From NCBI RefSeq assembly GCF_006345805.1, contig NC_043006.1, positions 19,716,001 through 19,780,000 on the forward strand: 64,000 nt of DNA, given 5' to 3'. Positions 26,221 through 38,605 of this stretch are shown here, in pieces; within the stretch, counting starts at the first letter, position 1, and each line of letters begins with the position of its first letter. The translations under genes and the position numbers were made by a program. The notes under the pieces were generated by a model. The model worked only from the letters and a program-made list of their open reading frames with translations, did not search any database and had not been told where the DNA came from. This stretch comes from Octopus sinensis (taxonomy: Eukaryota).

Positions 26221-28346
26221 TTTAAATTTGTTAACCCTTTCATTACGGTATTTATTTTGAGATGCTCTGTGTTTCTTTCAATTAATTTTAAATATAACAA
26301 AGAATTTAGTAAAACAACTTAGTTATCATTCAGCTAGTGTTAGGAACATCAATTGTGACTCAGGTTTGGTGGAAGATTTTAATTGAAAACTTATGAAAAC
26401 AAGACATTTGTACTACAGAGCCAGAGCCAGTTTCAGCCGGGTTGGTAACAAAAGGGTTAAATTTGTTTATGGGAAATATTTTGAATAAGCAAATAAAGCT
26501 TCTATTCCATCATGCTGGCCACAGTCTAATGACACTGACTGGTGAACCAGTTTTTGGGGGTTCCATCTAGCTGTACCAATATAATGTAGGATAAATATAG
26601 TTATAATAACAATAATTCCAAATTATTGTTATTATTGCTATATATATATATATATATAATATTAATTAGAGACAAAACCACTATTATGCAAATCAAACAA
26701 AGAAAGACTTAATCCAATACATAAAAAAATTTATATAAATTAAATAAAATTAATATTAATTTTATTTAATTTATATAAAATTTTTTATGTATTGGATTAA
26801 GTCTTTCTTTGTTTGATTTGCATAATAGTGGTTTTGTCTCTAATTAATATTATATTATATTTTACTATAAAATTGGATTCAATCTTAAATCTGATTTTTT
26901 CCTGTAAATTTGGATTTATTCCCTAATATTTATTGTTATATATATATATAAGTTCAGCAAAACAATTTAGATTCAAATGAATATGGTACTTAATTTAGAT
27001 GCACCAGAATTTTTTATGGTATTACCTATAAAATTATGTGGGGTGATTATAACTAAAAAATAAGCAACAAGAATGGATCCGGTAATTTAGTACAATTGTT
27101 TCATACTATAACAATTTATATTTGCTGTAATATTTGCAGCTTTAATAAATTGTTATAGTATGAAACAATTGTACTAAATTACCGGATCCATTCTTGTTGC
27201 TTATTTTTGGGTTATATATATATATATATCTAGAGAGAGAGAGAGAAAGTTCATATAGACAGCAGTTTGCAATGTTTCACCAAAAATGAAAACTATAATT
27301 GTCGTTAAATGTGATTACAGTGTTAGAAACACCCTAGTTATATCTAGTGACAATTACACAAACGCACACACACACATGTATGTATGTATGTATTGTTGAG
27401 TGTGTACCTGCATGTGTGTTTGTATGTTTGTACATGTATGTATACATGTATATATGTGTGTGTGTATGCTTGTGCCTCCATGTCTTGACATTGCATGCTA
27501 GTTGTAAACAAGTGTCATTGTCATATAAGCTGTGTCATTCATTTCCAATCATTCATGAAAACATGTCTGACCATGGAGGAAATATTACTTTTCTTGAAGA
27601 CAGGAACGGAATCTGATCATAGAAAATCTGTTTCAGCAAACTTTGTCTGACTCATGCAAGCATGAGAAAGTGGACCATTTAGATAAAGATGATATAGCAC
27701 TTATTACTATTGTAACGCACATGTAGCACATATTACTATTGTAATGCACATGTAGCAAATATTACTATTGTAATGCACATGTAGCAAATATTACAGTCTT
27801 AACAGATATAAAATACACATTACTAATGTAACATAAACATGACATATTTCTTTATTACCCACAAGGGGCTAAACATAGAGGGGACAAACAAGGACAGACA
27901 TAGGTATTAAGTCGATTCCATCGACCCGAGTGCGTAACTGGCACTTAATTTATCGACCCCGAACGGATGAAAGGCAAAGTCGACCTCGGCGGAATTTGAA
28001 CTCACAGCGTAACGACAGACGAAATACGGCTACGCATTTCGCCCGGCGTGCTAACGTTTCTGCCAGCTCATTATTACTATTGTAACAGATATGCAGCAAG
28101 TATTACAACAGGAGCATGATGTATTTCATGGCTAAAAACAAGCTCCGTCTTACTGTTTTTCTTGTTTGGCCTTGATTCAGCAGAGAATCAGGGGTAAAAG
28201 AAAAGCAGACAGGCTGTCACCATACTCAGAAAGGTTGGGGCACAGTTTTTTTCAGGTTCACACATGCCAACACTTCTTCCCTTGTTATATAGTCTGTGAT
28301 TCAAGAGAGATCTAGTTGCTGTTTCTAGCAAGTTTAACGATCAAAG

Positions 28347-28384
<38 letters not shown>

Positions 28385-29774
28385 GTAATAAAGTTTGTCT
28401 GATAAACTGTTATAATCTAATAAGTCAACATTGTTTCTTTATTTCATTAGGTAATTAATGGTGCCGGATTGGAAAATACAGCAGTTTCTGAGCCATTTAT
28501 AACTGATTCTTCTCCACCAATTGAAGGAATTGTGATGGAGGTTTCATCTGCTGCAAAGGTGAATATAATTACATTCTGATAGAAATTTAGGGGTCAACTA
28601 GAACTAACTGGTGTTGACAAGTATTGATTGGGATGGACTAGAGTTGACTGGGGTGAACTGGAATTGACTAGAGTAGACCGAAGTGAACTAGAATTGACTG
28701 GAATGAACATAAATTGACTGGTATGGACTAATATTAACAAGAATGGACTGAAATCGACTAGGGTGTACTGTGGTGTACTGGAATTGATTGTGATTAGCAA
28801 GAAAAGATTAGAAATACTGGATGGACTAGAATTAACAGGAACAAACGGGTTAAACTGGTTTTGACTGGGATGGCCTTGATTTGACTAGGATGGACTAGAA
28901 TTGACTAGAACAACTGGGATGCACTGGTTTAACTGGGATGGACTAGATTTGACTGACATGGATTAAAATTAATTGGGATAGACTAGATTTGACTGCAATT
29001 GGTTGTAAATGACTAGAAATGACTAAAATTGACCAGGAGTGGTTGAAAGTGACTAGAATAGACTAGGATCGACTGAAGTTCACTGAGATTGACTGGAATT
29101 GGCTGAAATTAATCTAAATTCGTTGAATTTACTGAAAAAACATCCTCTCTCTCTCTCTTTCTCTCTCTCTCCTTCACCATTACTTTGCTTTCCATATGTA
29201 AGAGATTGTGTATGAAAAACAAAGGTAGCTTCACTAACAAAAAAGATCAAAACAATAGACTATATGTATTTTCTGGTAATTACAAAGAATTTTGTTTTAA
29301 TTTGCTTTCCATAACGATTTATTTTGCCTCTTTTTCCCCCTCCAGTGTTGATAAAACAAATACCTCAGTTATTCTCTGTTCTATTCAGCAAATAATATCC
29401 AAGATCTCTATAAAATATTATCATTTAACTTACTTGAAAGAAATCAACCTCTAAAAGACATAAAAAGGAACAATAAAATGAAGCACCAAACTGGGCAATT
29501 GACATTGTCTCCATTCGATGACCTGAAGCACCAAAAACTAAATAAGTGAGACAGGGATAAACCAAGCGGTACCACCTTTAATGATATATAATTCCAAGAA
29601 GACAGAAATGTAAGGACAGGGGTTTAGTTGATTACATCAATTCCAGTACATGCTAGCAACTTTATTTTATTCATCCTGAAAGGATAAAAGGCAAGGCTGA
29701 CCTTGACGGGATTTGAAATCAGAACATAAAAATCTGGAAGAAATTCCACTCTACAAATTCTGCTAACTGTCCTT

Positions 29775-29806
<32 letters not shown>

Positions 29807-29817
29807 TTATTAGTATG

Positions 29818-29868
<51 letters not shown>

Positions 29869-30491
29869 TAGTTTTATTTTTATAGTGTGCTTTCACTTCA
29901 CTACCGAGCGCAGCTCTGTGTGCCTTGGGTATGTGCTGTGATTTGTTGTGATGTTCTGATGGTTATTGTATGGAAAGTGTTCTGCGTAGGATGTGTGTAG
30001 TGCCTAGTAGTGCAATTTTCTGTATGTTATATGTGTTTGTAAGTCCTGGTGTTTTTGTTATGTATTTGTCTGAATATTTTTTATCATGCCTAATGCACCT
30101 ACTATGATAGGAATTGTTTCTGTTTTTAGATTCCACATTCTGGTTACCTCTATTTCCAGGTCTTTGTATTTTGAGAGTTTCTCCATTTCTTTTATAGACA
30201 CGTCATCTGCCGGTATTGATACATCAATGAGAAAGCATTTTTTTCTTCATGATCTCTGACAACTATATTTGGTCTGTTGGCCTTAATTTCTCTATCTGTG
30301 TGTATCGGCATATCCCAGAGTATGGTTGCTTTCTCGTTTTCTGTGACCTTTTCTGGTGTGTACCTATACCATCTTTTTTATGTTGTTATTCCATAATGTT
30401 GGCATAGCTTCCAATGTATGTAGGTTCCAACTCTGTCATGTCTGTGAATATATTCCTTCTTAGCCAGGACTGGGCAGCTGGAGATAATATG

Positions 30492-30528
<37 letters not shown>

Positions 30529-32711
30529 AGCAATTCTACCAGGTTACCATCTTAAAATGCAATTTTCTTGGCCAATGCAAATTGTTTTAATACAGCGAGC
30601 TGGCAGAATCATTAGCATGCTGGGCAAAGTGCTTATCGGCATTTCATCCATCTTACATTCTGAGTTCAAATTCCACCACAGCCAACTTTGCCTTTCATTC
30701 TTTCAGGGTCAATAAAATAAGTACTATTTGAGTACAGGGGTCAATAAAATAAGTATCAGATGGGTACTGGAATCAAATTAATCAATTTATCCCCTCCCCC
30801 CGAGGTTTCAAAGCTTGTGCCTATAGAAGGAAGGATTATTGTTGTTGTTGCTGTTGTTATAAACCATTCTCAATTTTATTCTCCCTTGTCCCGCAATGTA
30901 ATTTTACATATATAATTTTATTATTGCATTTCTTGTAGAGCGATACTGAATATCAACGAGACATATCTAAACTGGAAGCTCAATGGTTTGGCTTTTCTGA
31001 CCCACATACTGAAATATTATTTTACCGTGCTGGTGTGGGTACTGCCCCACTACAAGATGATGTCATTAGAATGACAAATATGGGACAAGAAACTGGTATG
31101 TCTGAGTTTCAACGGAAACATTTATGAAAAGCTGACTCTGTATGTGTGTGTGTGTGTGTGTGTGTGTCTTGATGTTGCATTGTAAATGAGTATCACTGTC
31201 ATACAAGCAGTGTTGTGCATTTGCAATCTTCCATAAAAGCCCTAACTGACTGTGGGGAACTATTACCTTTCTTGGAAACAGGTGAGGGTTGATAATGTAA
31301 AGGGCATTTGGCCAAAGAAAATCTGACATAACAATCTCCTTGTTACTCATACAAGCATGGAAAAGTGGATCTTGAAATAAAATTGTGATGATAATGATCG
31401 CGGTGGCGGTGGTGACGAAAGTGGTGGCGGCAGCAGTGGCAATGGTGGTAGAGATTTGATTAGATGATAACAATGATGATGATGAGGAGGAGGAGGAGGA
31501 CGACGACGAGGAGGATGATGATGATGAGGAGGAGGAGGAGGAGGAGGAGCAGGAGGATGATGAGGATGATGGTGATGGTGATGATGATGATGATGAGGAT
31601 GAGGAGGAGGAGGAGGAGGAGGAGGAGGAGGGTGATGATGATGAGGAGGAGGAGGAGGAGGAGGAGGATGGTGATGATGTTATTGATATTGTTCTCTGTA
31701 TTTCAGGTCACATCTGGAAGAGAGCCTTTACTCCAGGAATAAAATATTACGTCACAGTTGAAGCGTGTAACAAAGCTTTCCTGTGTAGCCGCAGTGCCTC
31801 TAATGGCGTTATCATGGACAATTCCCCTCCACTCACTGGTACAGTAGAGGTGGGCACAGATAGACACCACCGCACATACCAAGCTCACCAGTAAGTTGAA
31901 AAAAATATACACACACACACACACATACATACACACATATATTTCGTTAGCTATTCCTTGTGGTTTTTCACTATTGGTACCACCAAAAGTGAACAATATC
32001 AACATTAAAGGTGCAAAATTATAATACTCTTTTGGACATTCACTGATGAAAAATTAGCTAAACATATTGATAATCATTCCTACAATTGTTTTGATTTATA
32101 CTTAATAAATAAACTACAAATTTATGCAATAAATTTGCATTTATAAGTTATGAGTAAAATATCATCAGGGAAATATAAGGTATTAAAGAATTACATGGTG
32201 AACATTTTGTTCTTTCCAACAGACTTTGAACATATAAATATATATATATATATGTGTGTGTATATTTTTTTAATACAAATAAATGAAAGAATGGAGTTGA
32301 ACGACGATTTAACAAAATTCCTTTATTCTCGACATATGTTTCGAAGGCTGCATATTCCTAATTTCAAAGGAATAAAGGGTGCATCATGCCGCCTTCTCAT
32401 GCTGACATAAGTTCCTTGTTTTTCCTGATGAGAAGGCGGCATAATGCACCCCTTATTCTTTCGAAATTAGGAATATGCAGCTTTCGAAACATATGTCGAG
32501 AATAAAGGAATTTTGTTAAATCGTCGTTCAACTCCATTCTTTCATTTATTTGTATTAAAAAACACACAAATTTCCACACGAAAGCACGTGATGTCTGCCC
32601 TTGGCATGTAGCTTCAACTGTGTTTTTCTGATGTGAATTTGCTACCCAGGTATCGGTTAACCGAATTATCCATACTAAGATAATTCATTCAACTACTTAA
32701 ATATGTGTGTG

Positions 32712-32743
<32 letters not shown>

Positions 32744-34319
32744 GTGTGTGTGTGTGTGTGTCTTGATGTTGCATTGTAAATGAGTATCACTGTCATACAA
32801 GCAGTGTTGTGCATTTGCAATCTTCCATAAAAGCCCTAACTGACTGTGGGGAACTATTACCTTTCTTGGAAACAGGTGAGGGTTGATAATGTAAAGGGCA
32901 TTTGGCCAAAGAAAATCTGACATAACAATCTCCTTGTTACTCATACAAGCATGGAAAAGTGGATCTTGAAATAAAATTGTGATGATAATGATCGCGGTGG
33001 CGGTGGTGACGAAAGTGGTGGCGGCAGCAGTGGCAATGGTGGTAGAGATTTGATTAGATGATAACAATGATGATGAGGAGGAGGAGGAGGACGACGACGA
33101 GGAGGATGATGATGATGATGAGGAGGAGGAGGAGGAGGAGCAGGAGGAGGAGCAGGAGGATGATGAGGATGATGGTGATGGTGATGATGATGATGATGAG
33201 GATGAGGATGAGGAGGAGGATGATGAGGAGGAGGAGGAGGATGGTGATGATGATGATGAGGAGGAGGAGGAGGAGGAGGATGGTGATGATGTTATTGATA
33301 TTGTTCTCTGTATTTCAGGTCACATCTGGAAGAGAGCCTTTACTCCAGGAATAAAATATTACGTCACAGTTGAAGCGTGTAACAAAGCTTTCCTGTGTAG
33401 CCGCAGTGCCTCTAATGGCGTTATCATGGACAATTCCCCTCCACTCACTGGTACAGTAGAGGTGGGCACAGATAGACACCACCGCACATACCAAGCTCAC
33501 CAGTAAGTTGAAAAAAATATACACACACACACACACATACATACACACATATATTTCGTTAGCTATTCCTTGTGGTTTTTCACTATTGGTACCACCAAAA
33601 GTGAACAATATCAACATAAAGGTGCAAAATTATAATACTCTTTTGGACATTCACTGATGAAAAATTAGCTAAACATATTGATAATCATTCCTACAATTGT
33701 TTTGATTTATACTTAATAAATAAACTACAAATTTATGCAATAATTTGCATTTATAAGTTATGAGTAAAATATCATCAGGGAAATATAAGGTATTAAAGAA
33801 TTACATGGTGAACATTTTGTTCTTTCCAACAGACTTTGAACATATAAATATATATATATATGTGTGTGTATATTTTTTTAATACAAATAAATGAAAGAAT
33901 GGAGTTGAACGACGATTTAACAAAATTCCTTTATTCTCGACATATGTTTCGAAGGCTGCATATTCCTAATTTCAAAGGAATAAAGGGTGCATCATGCCGC
34001 CTTCTCATGCTGACATAAGTTCCTTGTTTTTCCTGATGAGAAGGCGGCATAATGCACCCCTTATTCTTTCGAAATTAGGAATATGCAGCTTTCGAAACAT
34101 ATGTCGAGAATAAAGGAATTTTGTTAAATCGTCGTTCAACTCCATTCTTTCATTTATTTGTATTAAAAAACACACAAATTTCCACACGAAAGCACGTGAT
34201 GTCTGCCCTTGGCATGTAGCTTCAACTGTGTTTTTCTGATGTGAATTTGCTACCCAGGTATCGGTTAACCGAATTATCCATACTAAGATAATTCATTCAA
34301 CTACTTAAATATGTGTGTG

Positions 34320-34362
<43 letters not shown>

Positions 34363-35824
34363 TATATATATATATAATATAATATGATGTGATGTGATGT
34401 GATGCGATGTGGTGTGGTGTGGTGTGGTGTGGTGTGATGTGATGTGATGTGATGTGATATAATATAATGTAATGTAATATGATATAATATAATAAATGAA
34501 TATAATAAAATATAGTCTTTTCTACTGTAGGTACAAAGCCTGAAATTTGGGGGAATGGTCTAGCCAGTTACGTTGATTTCATTGATCTCCACAAAAGATT
34601 GAAAGGCAAAGTTGACTTCAGCCACATTTGAACTCAAAACTTAAAGAGTTGGAAGCAATGCCACTAAACGTTTTGTCTTGTGCATTAATGATTTTGCCAT
34701 CATGTAATTTCAAGTCAAAACCATATTCTTGAAGAAGGGTACATATAATTAAAGTGGGGTGCATATATGAGACACAGTTGGAAATAGAGTATGTGTAACA
34801 TGTATGCACCCTGTTTTCAGTTGCCTCTTGCAAAAATCGAAGAGTTATACCAAAGCCTACATTTACATATCCTAAGAATACATTGCTTACTTTGCAGTTA
34901 TTTAGGAAATGCCATTGTTGGAATGTCCAAATCTTGTCTTAGAACATAGATCATAATTGCCAGTCCTTTACACTCAAACATTAGGATTAGTCTTAAACAT
35001 AACTCTAACAGTTCTAGAAATTCTCAATGGTTCTAGAGGAGATATTATAAACAGGGCTTTATGACACCTCACTGAGGTATTATTAACAAGATTTTATAGC
35101 TGCTAGTTGATATGTCATAAATGGTATTTTATGATCCCTATATGATCCCTACTTGAGATATTATAAACAAATTCACGGTCCCTAATTGATATATTATAAA
35201 CAGAAGTTAATGACCCTTAAATAAGATATTATAAATGGGACATTATAGCTCTTAATTGAGCTGTTATAAACAAAAATTTATGGCCCCTAATTCAGATATT
35301 ATAGATAGGGTTTTATGGCCCCTGTTTGAGATATTATAAACAAAAATTTATGGCCCCTAACTGAGATTTTATAAGTATGATTTCCTCACCCTACTTCAGA
35401 TATAAACACAGTTTTATGGTTACTAATTTAGTTATGAACAAGAATTTTTGTAAATGCTATTTATAGGTTTTATCATTTTCTTTTCTATGAAGGCAGTGAG
35501 CTGACAGATTTGCACATGCTTGGCAGCATTTCATCAGTCTTTATATTCTGAGTTCAAATTCTGCCAAGGTCAATTTTACCTTTCATCCTTTCGAGGTCAA
35601 TAAAATTAGCACCAGTTGAGCACTGGAGTTGATGTAATAGGCGTTGATGTTATAGGCGTAGGAGTGGCTGTGTGGTAAGTAGCTTGCAGACGAACCACAT
35701 GGTTCCAGGTTCAGTCCCGCTGCGTGGCACCTTGGACAAGTGCCTTCTATTATAGCCTCGGGCTGACCAAAACCTTGTGAGTGGATTTAGTAGACGGAAA
35801 CTGAAAGAAGCCCGTCGTATATAT

Positions 35825-35884
<60 letters not shown>

Positions 35885-37395
35885 GTATGTGTGTATGTGT
35901 TTGTGTGTCTGTGTTTTCCCCCCCCCCCCAACATTGCTTGACAACTGATGCTGGTGTGTTAACATCTCAGTAACTTAGCAGTTCGGCAAAAGAGACCGAT
36001 AGAATAAGTACTAGGCTTACAAAGAATAAGTCCTGGGAGCGATTTGCTCAACTAAAGGCGGTGCTCCTGCATGGCCACAGTCAAATGACTGAAACAAGTA
36101 AATGAGTAATCAACTTGTCCTCTCCTCTGAAATTGCTGGCTTTGTGCTAAAATTTGAAAGCATTTTTTCCTATTGAAACAACTCAATTATATAGGCCATC
36201 ACTTAACAATTTTATATGTAATTTCTAACTTCAGATCAACTTTAAATATACAGTGGACTGGATTCTATGACCCTCACTCCTCAATGCAGAAATTTGAATA
36301 TTGCATCGGCAAAAAGCCATTCCTCTGTGACATCTTACAATGGCAACCAGCCTTATTAACAACTTCTGTTGTTGCACTCAACTTAAACCTTCCTCTGGAT
36401 ACTTTGCTTTATGCTTCTGTGATGGGTTACAACAATGTGGGTCTCACTTCAACTGGTTCTTCTGCTGGATTCTACATTGATAAAACACCACCAAAAGTTC
36501 TGATGCCACCAAAGGTTCTAAACTTACACAAACTATCCACTAATGGCAGTGTCTTCTATACTACAGACAGCAGTGTTCTGTCATTGGAGTGGTCATTTAA
36601 AGATGATGAGAGTCCAATAGTTGACCGTTTCCTCATGTTATATCCACATCACTCTGGTACAACCTTTTCTAAAGAGTTCCAGTTGCCGCCAATGGATCAT
36701 GCCACTTTGGTTCTGAAAGGAGAAGACAGGCTTCAGGTAAAATACAGTCATTTTATTCTCACTTAGACTCAATTACTTTTGGTGCAAATGACTAAATCAA
36801 CCGAAATATATTCTGTTAACTTTTACTTGTTTCAGTCATTGAGTTCTGGCCATGTTAGAGCACTTCCTAGCAAGTTTAGTCAAACAAATCAACCTCAATA
36901 CTCATTTTAAGTGATGGAAGCACTCCATCGGTTACGACGATGAGGGTTCCGGTTGATCCGAATCAACAGAACAGCCTGCTCGTGAAATTAACGTGTAAGT
37001 GGCTGAGCACTTCACAGACACGTGCACCCTTAACGTAGTTCTCAGGGATATTCAGCGTGACACAGAGAGTGACAAGGCCGGCCCCTTGAAATACAGGTAC
37101 AACAGAAACAGGAAGTAAGAGTGAGAGAAAGTTGTGGTGAAAGAGTACAGCAGAGATCACCACCATCCCCTGCCGGAGCCTCGTGGAGCTTTTAGGTGTT
37201 TTCGCTCAATAAACACTCATTTTAAGTACATGTTCTATCAACCTCTTTTGTTGAACCTCAGTGATATTCGGACATGAACAAACCAAGTAGTTATTAAACA
37301 GTGAAGAGACAAGCATAAACACATAGAAAAATGCATGCATATACGCACACACGCATTCATACACATATACATACATACATGTCATCATCCTCATT

Positions 37396-37427
<32 letters not shown>

Positions 37428-38573
37428 TTAGCGTCCGTTTTCCATGGTAGCATGGGTTGGACGGTTCAACTGGGGTCTGTGAAGCCAGAAGGCTGCATCA
37501 GGCCCAGTCTGATCTGACAGTGTTTCTACAGCTGGATGGCCTTCCTAACGCCAACCACTCCGCGAGTGTACTGGGTGCTTTTTACGTGCCACCCGCACAG
37601 GAGCCAGACGGAGCTGGCAACGGCCACAAACGAATGGTGCTTTTTACGTGCCACCGGCACGAGGACCAGGTGAGGCTGGCAATGGCCACGAACAGATGGT
37701 GCTTTTTACGTGTCACCAGCACGGAGGCCAGTCGGGGCGGCGCTGGCAACGGCCACGATCATCATTGATTAATGTCCACCTTCTATGTTGGAATGGATAT
37801 AGAAAAAAAATTCTTTTAAATCTCTTTAACAATTCACAATAATGACTTCTATTACTTTTATTCCTACCTCAGTTCATCTAACTGTATACATCTATCGTTA
37901 CTTTTCATAAAAGGCCTTTACTTTTTTTGATTTCCAATGTGCCTCTTTGCTTATTTTTCTTCTTACTTCCCCCCCCCCTTACATTTTCACATGTAGTTTC
38001 TATTTTCTTTTTGTAACATATTTCTATTATATATATATATATATATATACACATGCACATATATATACGTATATATACATATATGTATATATATAACGGG
38101 AAGCTTTATGAAAATAAACAAAAGACGAAGGCAGGTGGAAAACAAACTATATATACATATATATAAAATATTAGAAAAAATACACCTTTTATCAATTCAA
38201 AATGAATAATTAAATTACACCATCTAGAAAATTACATATAATAGAAAAGTTAAAACTAAGATGACAATTAAAAAGTAAAGATTAAGTAAGTTACAAAAAT
38301 AATGTAATGTATATAATTGTTTTTCTACCTATTATATACATTATATTATTTTTGTAATTTACTTAATCTTTACTTTTTAATTGTTATCTTAATTTTAACT
38401 TTTCTATTATATGTAATTTTCTAGATGTAATTTAATTATTCATTTTGAAATGATAAAAGGTGGTTTTTTTCTAATATTTTATATATATATTATATTGTGT
38501 GGAATTTGATTTAGTATTTCTAAATTGAATTCTTTTTCCTTGTAAGTTTAGATTTTATTCCCTCAGATAATAA

Positions 38574-38605
<32 letters not shown>

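Larger units (their letters stand above)
31141..34360. repeat. Near-identical tandem duplication (~1.6-kb unit x2) containing exon J and the hammerhead fold-back
   Basis: 31167..32700 matches 32761..34308; differences mostly microsatellite length and 1-nt indels; junctions lie in (TG)n. Confidence 0.95.

Noticed and set aside
31464-33354. Arg/Met-rich, protamine-like ORFs at 31464 and 33058
   Set aside because: They arise from (GGA)/(GAT) microsatellites read into exon J in the wrong frame.
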